Of a stretch of DNA of 64,000 bases, positions 19,211-31,750 are shown in pieces (position 1 is the stretch's first letter; every line of letters begins with the position of its first letter). The translations under genes and the position numbers were made by a program. The notes below the pieces were generated by a model that saw only the letters and a list, made by a program, of their open reading frames with translations, was not told where the DNA came from and searched no databases. The DNA comes from Candidatus Latescibacterota bacterium (GTDB lineage Bacteria; Latescibacterota; UBA2968; SICM01), in NCBI GenBank assembly GCA_965217865.1, contig CBDCJO010000002.1:1728001-1792000 (forward strand). The letters run 5' to 3'.

Positions 19211-19942
19211 ATGTCCCTTCCTAGAATTCTGATCGCGGATGACGAACCCACGGTTCGGAATTTTTTAAAACAGTGGCTGGTGTCGAAACCTCTGTCCATC
19301 GAAATCGTAGACGGTGGGCGGAAGGCCCTGGAACTCCTGGGTGAAACTTCCTTCGATGTCGCTGTTCTCGATCTCTACATGCCGGACATGGACGGCCTCG
19401 AGGTCCTGCAGGCGGTCCGAAAAAAGGGAATTCAAACCGATGTTGTCTTTATGACGGCTTACAGCACTAAAGACGGAACCCTTGAAAAAGCCGTCGAAGC
19501 GATGAAGGTTGGCGCTGTCGATTTCCTGTCAAAACCTTTCGAGTTGAATGAATTTTTAAACCTCATCTACAGACTGATCGAACGACGTCAACCGTCTCCT
19601 CATATTCTTGCGGAACGTTTGGACGGATTCCTGGAGAAGAATGCTTTTAGTCCTTCGCTGAGGTTGGATGATCTATGCCAGCGATTTAGGATCTCACCAA
19701 GCTATGCAACCAAGTTGTTTCGGGAAAATATCGGGATTTCATTCAGGAAGCGTCTGGCTTATCATCGCCTTCAAAAGGCAAAACGTCTGCTTGAATCGAC
19801 CCACGATCCACTGTCGAGTATTGCCGAGGAGTGCGGCTTCAAGAATTACCATCGGCTCACGGAGGCCTTTCGAAGGCAAGAGGGAATGCCTCCTGGTAAG
19901 TTCCGCAAGATATCCGCCGATGAGGTTTTCACAAATCGATGA
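19211..19942 (+). CDS. Response regulator with AraC-type HTH output
   Basis: LIADDE, LDLYMP, MTAY, KPF receiver motifs; IAEECGF...FRRQEGMPPGKFR. Confidence 0.9.
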   Translation: MSLPRILIADDEPTVRNFLKQWLVSKPLSIEIVDGGRKALELLGETSFDVAVLDLYMPDMDGLEVLQAVRKKGIQTDVVFMTAYSTKDGTLEKAVEAMKVGAVDFLSKPFELNEFLNLIYRLIERRQPSPHILAERLDGFLEKNAFSPSLRLDDLCQRFRISPSYATKLFRENIGISFRKRLAYHRLQKAKRLLESTHDPLSSIAEECGFKNYHRLTEAFRRQEGMPPGKFRKISADEVFTNR

Positions 19943-20390
19943 ATTAGACACACCTCCCAAAGCCTTCCAACCCGATCGATTCCCATCCGAATCCTCCCGG
20001 TTTCCCCTCCGCACAGATTCAAACGCGTATTCCTTTCCCGAATTATCAATGTTAGGATCAACGCTTATCCATCCAGTCGTCAGTAAAGTCTGGATGACGA
20101 AATAGGTCGATTTCCCCTTTTCAGGAGCTTGACGATGAAAATTGGTGCTGTATGACGTATAAATTATTTATAAACGTATAAGCAAACGCTTGCATCCAAA
20201 CTGATTCGCACTATCTTCTTTAATAGAGATCAGCCCATTTCACCCCCCCCCTTGCGATCGGTCCTTCCCTCCGTCTAAGCGAGATAAATACCCTCCATAA
20301 ACTTCATATTTTTTTACTGGCATCCATATCAAATCACCCAGACAACCCCTGATTCATCAAGCCGCATTTCCATCTTCAAGTCGGGAGAAT

Positions 20391-22671
20391 GTGAAGGTCA
20401 CACCGATGAGAGACGAAGAGAAGACCAGAGAACAACTCACGGCCGAACTGGTAGCCATGCGCAGGAAGGCTGCCGAACTGGAAAGATGGGGGAAAGAGCT
20501 CAAACAGACGGAAAAGGGATTGCAGGAATACGCCACGAACATCGTCGACAGCTCCATTGATATGATTATCGCGGTTGATCTTGATCGAAACATCACCGAA
20601 TTCAACAGGGCGGCACAGGATAATTTCGGGTATCAACGAGATGAAATTCTGGGAAAACACGTATCCGTTCTCTACGTAAATTCACGGGAAGGTTCGGAAA
20701 TTCATCAAACGACAATAACCCAAGGTCGATGCGTCCAGGAAACCCTGAACAAACGAAAGAACGGTGAGGTGTTTCCTTGCCTGGTTTCTGCCTCCGTCTT
20801 GCAGGGGGCTACCGGAGAGGCGATTGGGGTCATGGGTGTATCTCGGGACATCACCCAGGGAAGAAAGTGGGAAGAGCGATTGCGATTCCAGGCCCAGCTA
20901 TTGGACAGTGTCCGCGAGGCGGTTGTCGCTACGGATCTGGAGGGGAAGATCATTTACTGGGGAAAAGGGGCCCAAAACCTGTATGGCTATTATGCCGATG
21001 AGATCATAGGGAAGCCCGCCCATTCCATCGTTCACCCGAATGGTAGGACGGAGGATAAGGAACGGGTGCGTCAAGTCTATGAAAAGGGCGAGTGGAATGG
21101 TCGCTATGTCCAAGAGAGGAAGGACGGTATCGTCTTCTGGGTTGAAGCCAACTTATCTCTGGTAACGGATAAAAGTGGAGCTCCCTGTGGGATGATCGGC
21201 ATTTTCCGGGACATCACCGTGCGCAAGCGGGTGGAGGAGGAGCAAGCACGGTTGAGCCTTGCGGTTGAACAAGCAACGGAGACGATCATGATTACGGAGA
21301 CCGATGGTACGATCGTGTACGTCAACCCGGCTTTCGAAAAAGTCTCCGGATACAGCCGGTCGGAGGTCATAGGACAAGATCCCAGCATCCTAAAAAGCGG
21401 AAAACATGACCCTGCGCACTACCAGGAGATGTGGTCAACGCTGAATCGAGGGAAGGTCTGGGCGGGCCATTTTATTAACAAACGAAAGGATGAAAGTCTG
21501 TACGAAGAGGACGCGATTATCTCGCCAATGTTTGACGATGACGGCCGTGTGATCCATTATGTCGCCGTCAAGAGGGACGTCACCCAGGAGGTCACGCTTG
21601 AAGGGCAACTCCGGCAAGCCCAGAAAATGGAAGCGATCGGCACACTTGCGGGAGGCGTCGCTCACGACTTCAACAACCTTCTTACCACCATCATCGGATT
21701 CTCGGAACTCGCCCTGTATGAGGATATGAGCGACCGGGCGAAGGAATACATCTCCAGGATCCCGAAGCAGGGGAAACGAGCTGCAGAATTGATTTCTCAA
21801 CTTCTCACGTTTAGCCGCCGGGCGGTCACCAGACGCCGAGAATTACAACTGGTTCCTCTTATCAAGGAGACGGTAAAGCTCCTGGAACGGACCGTTCGGG
21901 AGACCATCACGATCCGGTGGAACTCCCCTGATGAGGTCTGGCTCGTAAACGCCGACCCGACCCAGGTGCAGCAAGTGATCATGAACCTGTCCGTGAATGC
22001 GAACCATGCGATGCCGCAGGGGGGTGAACTGACCATCAATATCGAAAACATCAGCCTGGATGAGGCCTATTGCAAACGATATCCATATCTTCGAGCCGTT
22101 TTTTACGACCAAGGAGACAGGTGAGGGTACCGGGCTCGGATTGGCGATGGTTTATGGGATCGTCAAGTCACACGAGGGACATATCAATGTCGAGAGCAGC
22201 CTGGGCGAGGGGACGGCGTTCAAAGTATTCCTCCCGGCCCTAAGAGGTGTTCAAGCAGCGGCCGAAAAGGCTGAAGAGGGGCTTGTAGGAGGGGCGGAAA
22301 CAGTGTTGCTGGTTGAAGATGAAGAGACGGTGTTGTTCGCCGGACAGTCGATGCTGAAAGCCCTGGGTTACAACGTTTTGACGTCGTATAGCGGAGAGGA
22401 CGCGATCGAAATCTATCGATCTCAAAAGGATGAGATTTCACTCGTGATCACGGATATGGTGATGCCCAGGATGAGCGGGCAGGAACTCTTCGCTTCATTG
22501 AAAATGATTCATCCGGCCGTCAACGTGTTGCTTGTGAGCGGGTATAGTTTGGCCGAAGATGTGGCCGATCTGAGCAAGACGGGGTTGAGGGGGTTTGTAC
22601 AGAAACCGTTCAATATCCATACGTTAGACAAAGCCGTGCGAGAGGCCCTCGCTATTGAAGTTGAGAAGTGA
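20391..22671 (+). pseudogene. Hybrid PAS-domain histidine kinase/receiver, broken by an internal deletion and frameshift near 22085
   Basis: Three PAS domains, AHDFNNLL H-box, N-box NLSVNA; G1 box absent; resumes in another frame at HIFEPFFTTK..GTGLGL followed by a receiver domain. Confidence 0.85.
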
Positions 22672-22785
22672 GGATTGACACGGGCCGGAACCGTAGTTTT
22701 CCCCGCTATATTCCTTTCCTTGAAATTCCAGGTCGATCCCCTTATCTTAACGCGTAAATAATAAATTTATCATCGGAGCACTTCG

Positions 22786-23400
22786 TTGCAGGAGATTCTT
22801 CCCGATATCTTCCACTGGACGGCCCTCCACGAGGACGTTCATGAGGACGTCCATTCCACCTATATCGCGGCTACGGACCCGGCCGTCCTGATCGACCCCA
22901 TGTTGCCCAAAGAAGGGATCGACTGGTTCAAAGCGCATAACCCCCCCGCCCACATCTTCCTGACAAACCGGCTCCATTACCGGCACAGCGGAGAATATGC
23001 GGCGTCTTTTGGAGCCAGTGTCTGGTGCCATAAGGACGGACTCCACGAATTTTCTGAGGGCGAGGGGGTGTTGCCCTTTCAACATGGAGATGTACTGCCC
23101 GGAGGAATTCTCGCCCTGAAGATTGGTGTGCTGTGCCCGGAGGAGACTGCGCTTTATATCCCTCACTCCGGGGGGATCCTGGCCGTCGCGGACGCAATCG
23201 TCCGGTACGACGGGGATCTCGGATTTGTACCGGACTACCTGCTGGGTGAGAACCCGGAGGCCATAAAGCGGGGCCTTCGAGATGTGTTCCTCGGGCATCT
23301 GGATCGGGACTTCGACCACATGCTCTTCGCCCACGGCGATCCGTGGGTCGGAGGGGCTAAGGCGGGATTGCGCAATTTTCTAGATGGGTTACGGTTCTAA
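22786..23400 (+). CDS. Metallo-beta-lactamase-fold protein
   Basis: VLIDP, LTNRLHYRH, LAVAD, LFAHG; degenerate metal motif. Confidence 0.7.
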   Translation: MQEILPDIFHWTALHEDVHEDVHSTYIAATDPAVLIDPMLPKEGIDWFKAHNPPAHIFLTNRLHYRHSGEYAASFGASVWCHKDGLHEFSEGEGVLPFQHGDVLPGGILALKIGVLCPEETALYIPHSGGILAVADAIVRYDGDLGFVPDYLLGENPEAIKRGLRDVFLGHLDRDFDHMLFAHGDPWVGGAKAGLRNFLDGLRF

Positions 23401-23582
23401 AACGAAATCCGTGGGAATAAGCGAAAGCCTGCTTTCCGCATTGAAGATAGGTCGGATAGATTCACCATTTCTTTAAGTGAGACAAGGACATGGACCGGCC
23501 CGGCGGGGTCGTCCGCTTCGAATGGATCAGCCAAATCTGAGGCTCTACGAGATCGATGCACTAAAGTAAAAAGAGATTCGCT

Positions 23583-24984
23583 ATGGCTCCCGGTAGGAAT
23601 GATCCTTGTCCCTGCGGCAGCGGAAAGAAATACAAGAGGTGCTGTTTTATCAAAGAAAAGGTCTCATTAACAACCATTACTCCTCATCTATTGCGAAAGA
23701 CCAGCGATGAGGTTGTGAGCATGCTTTTGGAATATGCGGAGAAGACCTATGGCAACGAAAGTTTGCTGGAAGCCTGGGATGTTCATTGGTCTGATGTGGC
23801 CGGAGAGACGTTTGACTCTGACAACCCTTACCTTCAGGTTTTTATCCCGTGGTATATCTTCCAATGGTATCCGGAGGAATATCATTCCAATCTCAGATTT
23901 CCTTTGAAGCATACGGTCGTTGACCGTTTTCTCAAAGAGAACGGCCGGAAGTTGGGTAATTTTACACGGCGGTTTCTGGAATCTGCGCAAAGGGAACCTT
24001 TGAGTTTCTGGCAGGTTGAGGCTATTGAATACGGTAAAGGAATGTTAATCAAGGATTTTGTCCTAGAGCGCGAGTGTTTCGTATACGAGGATTCCGGGAC
24101 AAAGACCATTAAAAAGTGGGATATTTTGTTCGGGCAGGTCGTCGGTCTGGATGAGGAGTACATTCTGGCCGCAACGGGGCCTTATCCGTTGCAGCCTTCG
24201 ATGTTTCGAGAATACATCAAGGGTTTTACGGACCGAATCAAGGAATCAAATTCTCATTGCGTTAATCCGGTTAATTTTCTGGAATTCGACGTTGATTTTG
24301 TTGCGTGTTACAAACAATGTGTCGAAGATCTGTTAAATCCGCCAATTCCGAAACTCCATAACACAGACGGGCAGAAACTGGTTTTCACAATAACCAGATA
24401 TGCTTTCCCCCGGGAAAAAAGAGAAGAGATCCTCCAAAAGCTGAATTCCATGCGGAACATCGAGTGTGTTGGAGACGATGGCGAAGAATCGGAATTTTTA
24501 TGGATTGTCGAGAGTCGACAGAAAACGCTTTGAGCGTACCACCAAGGGAAACATCAGGATCGGGGAGGGCTACATTCAAATTGAATGCAACAGCCGGTCA
24601 CGAGATAGGCAGGTCAGGACACGGTTTGAAAAAAATGTTGGACGCCTGATCGAATATGAGGGAACAGACTATAAGCCGTTCGAACTAGATGAACTTAAAG
24701 AGACAACTGAGGATCCCGAACACAAAGACCTGGATAACCCCCCGGAGGAAGTGAGCCAGGAGTTTGTCGAGATGATGGAAGGCCTGTATATGAGGTGGGC
24801 GGATGATAAGGTTCCCGCACTGGACAACCAGACTCCAAAGGAAGTCGTTAAGGATCCAGGGGGCAGGGATAAGGTCGTTGCCATGATTAATGATTGGGAA
24901 AATATGGACCTCAGAGATCCTGAACGGCCGTTCCGGTTTGATTTTAACAAGCTGAGAAATGTATTGGGGTTGGAAGTAGAATAA
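23583..24984 (+). pseudogene. SEC-C motif protein with C-terminal MbcA/DUF2384-like domain, split by a frameshift near 24520
   Basis: GRNDPCPCGSGKKYKRCC; overlapping second ORF ends in WADDKVPALDNQTPKE. Confidence 0.7.
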
Positions 24985-25085
24985 CGGTCAAATGAAAAAA
25001 CTTTGCGTCTTTTTTTTCCTCCTTCCGTCTATTGTGAGTGAGAGACGTCCTGAGTGTCAAGAAACTCACAAAGAGGAGGCAGGTG

Positions 25086-25185
25086 ATGAAGACTTTGAGA
25101 AATGAAGAGATTCGGAAGGTCGTTCGGGAGACCTACGGAGGGATCGCAAAAGGGGAGTCCGCGGGTTGTGGATGCGGCTGCGTAT
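25086..25185 (+). pseudogene. N-terminal remnant resembling arsenite methyltransferase
   Basis: EEIRKVVRETYGGIAK...GCGCG with an RBS; no methyltransferase core follows. Confidence 0.5.
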
Positions 25186-25669
25186 CGGAAAATCATTCGG
25201 GACCAATTGATTGGTTTCTTGCTGTCAGCACTCATTCCCCAATTATGGTTCAGTAACCCGATTTGGAGTAGAAAAAAACCGCATCCCTCCAAGATGCGGC
25301 TTGTCACGGTTCCCCCGTATAATTGATACGATTGTCCATCGCCTCCCTTCCGATGGGGAAGCCTAAATCTATTCAACCTAAAAATGTAAGGAGGGATATT
25401 TTGGATGTCAAGGGAATTAGCGAGGAAGATCGGAAGGAACTTAACTTGGTCTTTCCAGGAATCTGCAACTGGCATTTCTCTAGAAACTGGTCTGGACGCG
25501 AATCCCGTCACGAGCGAAGTGCCGCCGGATCCGGTTCATGACGTCCGCCAAGAGAGCGGGCTTGTGGGGATGTCCGTGGGCGAATACCGTGGGTTCGGCC
25601 GAGTTCAGCTACGCACCAGCCGAAGCGTTGTGCCCGAAAACGTGCCCGTTGTGCGAAAACGAAGGCTAC

Positions 25670-25759
25670 CCACCAGGGTATGATCTGGATGAAGATGACA
25701 CGATTGGGTTTGGAGATTTTCTGATCTTTGCCGGCGACTTCGGCAAGGAAGGGTCATAA
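25670..25759 (+). pseudogene. Dockerin/EF-hand-like C-terminal remnant
   Basis: YDLDEDDTIGFGDFLIFAGDFGK followed by a stop. Confidence 0.55.
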
Positions 25760-25859
25760 CTTGCGCTTCCCGGTTGAAGGGCTGCTGTCCCGAGATATGA
25801 TTCGGGATGCGTAATTACGGTCCGTTCCTCGGATCCTGCCTCTCAGATAAAGCACGGGA

Positions 25860-26185
25860 CGCCTCGTCGAAACCTGAAAGCAGAGCGAATCGACCATCGG
25901 CTGAACGATAGGCAGATGGCCGGGTGGTTTCTAGGGAGATTCTCTTCAGGCGCCTGCTCTCGCTCGACTACGTGATCGAGCATACGAGTTTGCCATGGCT
26001 GCCGACCGAGGCGGAGAAGGTCCGGGTCTTCGAGGCACTCGGCATCGAACGACGCCACTTGCCCTTGCGGGTGTATCGTGGAGCGGTGGGGGAGACCTGG
26101 CACTACTTCCCGCTGAAGCTGCCGATTGCATTGGAGCCTAGCCGAGCGGTCTTCGTCTTCATCGATCCTGGATACGACACTCGAC
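25860..26185 (+). pseudogene. Fragment of a plasmid/ICE-type hypothetical protein
   Basis: LFRRLLSLDYVIEH..WLPTEAEKV..YFPLKLPIAL; no clear start and an abrupt end. Confidence 0.4.
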
Positions 26186-26290
26186 CGTCATTCAATCAGT
26201 CGCGGTTCTTCGACGGACAACCGATGGTGACGGTATATGAGAACCAGGAGGGACTGAGCTGACACCCCTGAGCACTATTGGTGATTTCGC

Positions 26291-26719
26291 ATGACGGACA
26301 TCATGGCGCCCGCTGAGCGTAGTGCTCTCATGAGCCGTATTCGCGGTGCTGACACGAAACCCGAGTTGTTTGTCCGTCGGACGTTGCATGCAATGGGCTA
26401 TCGCTTTCGTACGCACGTCCGCGAGCTTCCCGGCCGTCCCGATTTGGTGTTTTCGAGGCGACATGCCGTGATCTTCGTCCACGGATGCTTCTGGCACAGA
26501 CACGGTTGCAGGAAGACTTATGTCCCCAAGACGCGCGAGACGTTCTGGCGAGAAAAGTTCGCGGGTAACGTCAGCCGGGACAAGCGATACCAAAGTCTGC
26601 TTACCGAGGCGGGTTGGCGGGTACTCGTCGTGTGGGAATGTGAAGTTGAAAGCGATGACTCGCTTCTGGATCGGACCGTCGCATTTCTCGGGCTCCCCCG
26701 CGTGGCGTGCGAAGCATGA
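26291..26719 (+). CDS. vsr: Very short patch repair endonuclease
   Basis: RSALMSRIRGADTKPE, LPGRPDLVF, FVHGCFWH, GWRVLVVWECE. Confidence 0.95.
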   Translation: MTDIMAPAERSALMSRIRGADTKPELFVRRTLHAMGYRFRTHVRELPGRPDLVFSRRHAVIFVHGCFWHRHGCRKTYVPKTRETFWREKFAGNVSRDKRYQSLLTEAGWRVLVVWECEVESDDSLLDRTVAFLGLPRVACEA

Positions 26720-26858
26720 CCTTTTACAAACCTCCTGTTCGCTCCAACGGGAAGTCCATGATCCGGACCTTCGACATGTTCTGTGGCGGTGGCGGCAGCA
26801 GCTACGGCGCGGAGATGGCCGGTGCCGAGATTGTCGGTGGCATCGATTCGTGGATCTG
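26716..26858 (+). pseudogene. dcm: DNA cytosine methyltransferase, only motif I left
   Basis: ATGA-coupled to vsr; IRTFDMFCGGGGSSYGAEMAGAEIVGGID, then cut by IS630 sequence. Confidence 0.75.
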
Positions 26859-26952
26859 AAAACGTGCTGGGTGATTCCGCCCAAGGAAAACGCCGCATTC
26901 GTAGCTTGCATGGAGAATCTTCTGGATCTGTATCACCCGGCCCTATGATCCG
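26853..26952 (+). mobile_element. Internal IS630 fragment of about 100 bp
   Basis: Near-identical to 46144-46241. Confidence 0.85.
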
Positions 26953-28104
26953 CTTCCGTCCTCTCCGGCGAGGCGATGCCGTCGCCCACGTCGCGGTAGC
27001 GCGTGAGGAACCATTGCAGGGTGCGGGCCGGGATGTCGACTTCGCCTTCGAGCACGCGCGCCGCGGCCGATGGCGGCGTCAAGGACATCAAGCGAGTGCC
27101 GCCCGTCCCCGTGGGCCAGCGCCCAGGCCCGCAGGTTGTTGGCAGGCAGCACGGTGCGCCTCTCCTCCAGGTGCTCCACCGCCTGCCGCACCACCGCCAG
27201 AGCGGACGGTTGTGCCCGCAGCTCACTCCGAGGGGAGGCCCGCCGCGCGGGCGCCGTTGCGGCCCCGCGCCCCGTCCCGGTCCCTTGCCGGGCCGAGCTC
27301 CTGCGCCAGCGCAGGCGTGTTCTCCCAGCCCCGCTCCTGCATGTAGTCGAGAAGCTCCCGCCGGCGGGTCGAGAACGCCTCCAGCATGGGACGGCGGTAG
27401 CCCGCGATCTCAAACCCCGGCATCCGGCCCACAAGGGTCGGCACCGTGGCGTAGCCGATCTCCTCCAGCCGGGTTCGCAGCTCGTTGCGGTAGTAGGCCC
27501 CGATCAGCAGCTTCGAGCGTTCCACCGAGGTGAACTCGGCGTTGCGCCAGCCCCGTCCCGGCCGCGCGTCATGTTGGCGACCACGGCATGCGTGTGCAGC
27601 TGCGGATCCAGGTTGCGGCTCGCTAGGTGGCGGAAGGTCGCCGCCGCCATGCCATCGGCCTGCACACGCGGGCGACGTCCGGTCGCCTGATTGTAGCTCC
27701 GAGTCTGAAGCAGCTCCGTCTCGATGAAACCCAGTGTGGCGCGCACCGCCTTCGTCGTGCGCACGCACTACTCGCGCTCCGGTGCGGCCGGGCGGTGTAG
27801 ACCAGCGCCTCCAGCGATACCGACTTGGGAGCCGAGAAGGTCACGTCCACGCTCGGCCGGTGCTGGTGCTCGCCGTCGCGCAGCCGTCCGAGACGCAGGT
27901 CGGTGCCGGGAACGTAGCCAGCAAGAACGGCCTCGAAGCGTTTCGGCTTGACCGGCCCGTGCAGGCCGAACAAGGCCACCGCCTCGCCGTGCCAACCGCT
28001 CGCCTTGCGGTGCTAGGGGTCATTGCGCGGGCGTAGTACCCATCCGCCTCGAAGTAGTGCACCGTCATGGCGGCGGCCTTCAGGCGCGTGACGGTCGCGA
28101 CCAT
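26953..28104 (-). pseudogene. MOBF (TrwC-like) relaxase, multiply frameshifted and truncated
   Basis: HYFEADGYY, WHG, DVTFSAPKSVS, HLASRNLDPQLHTH, FEIAG, FSTRR. Confidence 0.9.
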
Positions 28105-29189
28105 GGTACTCTACCGTTCCGCTGTGGGATCGGAGCGCTGTTCGGACGGCGCGTCGTTCAGTCTCACCTCGGGGTAGAAGGGGATCGTCACCTCCCGGGT
28201 CGGATAGATGTTCAGTGTGCACCCGACGGACTCGTCGTTCAGCCGCGCCTTCGACGCGCAGGCGGCGAGCAGCGGCGCAAAGTGCTCGACGACGTGGTCG
28301 TTCCACTCGCGGCGGGGATCGCCGAAGGACACGACGCCGGCCTCCCGCTACAACAACGCGCAGACTGCTTTCCAGCGCCCTCGCTGTCCGATTCATCTCC
28401 GCAACGCCTTGGGCGGCTATCTCCGCCTGCCAGCCGTTTTCCTTGGTCTGCCGGGCGGTCGCTTTCAGCCAGCACCCGGCCTGCCTCCGCCGCTGCGTCC
28501 TGGAGTGCGTCGATGCGGGCCGCCGTCGCCCTCACCGTCTCAAGGATCTCCCGGATGGCATCGTCGTGCGCACCGGGCTGCGGAGATGTTGACGCCGGGA
28601 CGCCGCGCCTCTCCTCCTCCGGCGCCATGGTCGCCTCCCGCCCCAGACCCAATGGTCGTGGTTTGTCAAAGAATGGATATCGGTGCCGGTAGGCCGAATC
28701 GCAAGGCTCGTCGGTGATTCCACTCGGAGGCCCTGAAGGTAGGCGAGCACCGCAACGACGCCGGGCGGGGGACGTTGAACGGCGTGAGCTACGGGTTCAA
28801 GCTGAGGCGCTCCCGACGCAGGTACCCCTCCGACCAGTCGCGTCTCTCGCCATCTGATCGAATAAGCGCTGCGCTTCGTGGAACTGACCTCGCGGGCACA
28901 AGATGGTGCGTTCGATCTATGTGTGGCGTTCCACGAGGCGGTGTGTCTCTCGGCCTGCTTCTCTGTCTCTGTCATGCCTGTTCAACGCGTGGCAGGCAGC
29001 AGACCTCCGCGCGCGATCACCCAGAGCGAACAATCAATAGCCAGCTACATCTCCAGGCAGAACTGTGACAGACCTCCATGGGGTGGTCCAGCTAGAACGC
29101 TAGGTGAACGGTGTAAGAGGGACGCACTCGACGCGGCTTTCGGCGCTTTAGCCCGAGACGCTCAGGCGGCCATGGGTGGCTGCTTGATC

Positions 29190-29519
29190 CGTACATTGTC
29201 GCCTACGCTGCACCGGTTAGGCCTTGGACCTCCAACTCCAACATGCGTTCGGCCGAGAAGCCGATCATCTCGCGCAAGGGGTCAGTGTCTGAAGTCTTTT
29301 CCAGCAGCGTGCGTAGGGTAATTGTGTCGTCAGTTTTCTTGGCTCTCCTTAGGGTCAGGGTGGTGTTGGAATCGTCCAACCCTAATCTGGAACCGCGATG
29401 GCCCCCGCCGTGGATAACCGGCTTTCCTCCGCCAGATACTTGGCGACCGCCCGGGCAAGCCGATTTCCACAGCGCCAGAGGCTCCAACATCTCCTACGCC
29501 GTGCTCGGGACACGACCCT
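29190..29519 (-). mobile_element. IS256-family left end and transposase N-terminal remnant
   Basis: End sequence ggtcgtgtccc; TDDTITLRTLLEKTSDTDPLREMIGFSAERMLELEVQGLTGA. Confidence 0.75.
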
Positions 29520-29527
29520 CTTGACGG

Positions 29528-30400
29528 TCAGGATGTGATTGGAAGCGTCGAGGTGTATCCGTTTGACTGCAACTTACCCAGTATCTCAACGGCCTTGGAT
29601 GACTGCTTGTCAGTCGGTGTCTGCGCGGGCACGCGGGACGCAACCCGCAGAACTCCGGTTTCGGCCGCCGTGAGAAGCTTTCGCCCCTGTCCCCAAGCCA
29701 ATGCATCCGCCCAGAACTGTCCGCCCGCTTGCACCACGGCGATCTGAGCTTCGATGCCGTTGAGCTCGCGTTGGTCGCGCCGTGCGGTTCGGGCCGTGTC
29801 ACGTTGTTCATCAGCGGATATCAGCTCGGTAACAAAACCTTGGGGCCACTTGATCGAAAGCTTTCGGACTCGTTCCCAGCAGGCCTGCTTCTTTGCCCAT
29901 TCAGTCACGTTGCTGATCCCAGCGGGCGGATGAATCAGGACTTTATGAGCTTGCTCTGCTGCCGTCGAAACGGCCTCGTCCATTGCGGCCCCCATCGACT
30001 GGAGCTGCCAGATGGAGTCGAAATTCACGGCGCGCTCCTGATCTGCCACGTCATGCGCGATCTTCGCGATGGTGTAGGCGACAATGTTGGCGCGATAACC
30101 GCCTTGGTACCAAGCCTGCGCAGACACGATGCGTTCGGCGGATTTGAAGACGATCGCCTTTGCGACGGCAACGCGATACCAGGCTTCGTTGAAGTCGTCG
30201 GGGGACTTTCTCCAGGCCTGACCGATACGCCGCGCAAAGGCCGCGAAGTTCTTCTGTGCACCTAGACTCACCTCGTGCGGCCGTCCCTCCCAGACATTCA
30301 GGAACTTGGCCAGATCCGTCTTGGTGAAGAGCTGGCTTCTCGGATTCTCCAGATCGAATTTCCTCTCTTCTTCTTTGACAAAGGGGACTTCTGCACGCAT
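29528..30400 (-). pseudogene. AIPR-family protein, C-terminal part only
   Basis: NPRSQLFTKTDLAKF, VSLGAQKNF, GYRANIVAY, NVTEWAKKQACW. Confidence 0.75.
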
Positions 30401-30799
30401 TGTGTAAGATGTGCTGCTGTTACCCGGCCGCATCTACGGTCCGGGTCTCCGGTTTGGTAATCGCGCCGTCGAGGGCGTGCCACTTCCAGTCGATACCAAC
30501 AGCTTGCCTCCGGCAACCGGGTGCCGACGCAGGTCAGCCACCCTCGGTGGATGTTCTTGACATTTCCCCATGTCTGTCGTAGCATTCGTTCCGATGGGAG
30601 TAACTATGACGAGCCAAGACGACATCCTCATCATCTCCGAGGACGAGTTGGTTAACTGTTTTATGAGCATACCGTTATCGCGATAAAGGAGTCTACTAAA
30701 TGGCTACAGGGACGAGTGCCGTAGTCTATCGCGCCCTCAGCTTGGGGGCTGGGGCGCAGAGTTCAGTCTTGGCGCTTCTGTTATCCCGATCCGATGGAC

Positions 30800-31375
30800 G
30801 TCTTGGTAAAAGCGGCCTGAGAGAAAGCCTCGGCCGTTTCGGATTGGGCACCATGTCGCGCACCGGCGCAATCTGCCCAAGCTGCGGCACAATCATGACC
30901 ATGGAGGATATCCGCTTCGAAGGAACGCGCCGACGGCTGGCTGCAATCATGACCACTGTAGTGGTAGATGGATCAAAGGGAAAGGAATACCAGGCTACCT
31001 ACGGATCATGAACGCGCGGTAGCGGAGGTGACCGAAGAACAACTTCGGGCGCTCTATGCAGAGATCCCGTTCGGGTTGCCGGACGAGCCTTTGCCGAGCA
31101 AGGAGGTGCTTGGATTTCGTGTTCCACTTTACGGCTTCGACACGTGGCGGAAGCTGTTTACGAACCGGCAGCTATTGACGCTTGGAGAGTTCGTTCTCAC
31201 ACTGCGCAACATGCCGAAGCAACTTGCCGACCACCCACCTGAATGGACAGAATCACTGTTCGCCATGTGCATTTCCATCATCAACCGCATGGCTGACCGA
31301 GGTACGTTTGGCGACATGGACCAACAATCCGGAACAAATTAGGAGCACGTTTGCGCGATTCGAATTGCCGATCAC
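30800..31375 (+). pseudogene. DUF1156-family adenine methyltransferase fragment
   Basis: GTMSRTGAICPSC, GKEY, PFGLPDEPLP, FRVPLYG..W..LFTNRQLL; frameshifted. Confidence 0.75.
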
Positions 31376-31378
31376 AGG

Positions 31379-31750
31379 AGCGCTGAAAACCTTGCGAAGG
31401 TGTTTCAAAACGTGATTGTTGAAGCCGTTGCGGCCGATACGCGCGGATGTGCAATTGGATTCCAAACGGCACAATCGCTTTAAAAACAAACGACGAGAAC
31501 ATGCAAGCTCAGTTTACAGACCAGCGAGCCGACTACGGAAAGAAGATTGCTGAAATCAAGTCGGATATGGTTGAACTCAAGCGGATCGCGATCAAAAACG
31601 GGAGTCGATCTATACGAAGCATCCCTTGAAGAATGGACCAAACACGTTTGGTCCATTATCACTTTGTCAAGTATATAATTACCGCGAAAAAAAGGAGAAG
31701 TGACATGGCCAGTCACGATTTGAACGGAAGCGCTGTAAACCTTGCGAAGG
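31379..31750 (+). repeat. Remnant tandem unit (350 bp period) of a small coiled-coil gene
   Basis: agcgctgWaaaccttgcgaagg at 31379-31400 and 31729-31750 (21/22 identical); reads SAENLAK / SAVNLAK. Confidence 0.65.
31541..31683 (+). repeat. 143-bp repeat, inverted copy at 40642-40784; contains a 12-bp-arm palindrome and TATAAT
   Basis: 5 mismatches counted between copies; aatggaccaaac-ac-gtttggtccatt at 31632-31657; tataat at 31674. Confidence 0.9.

Noticed and set aside
26953-29200. Functional conjugative element or oriT
   Set aside because: The relaxase is broken, there is no coupling protein or T4SS, and no nic site could be identified.
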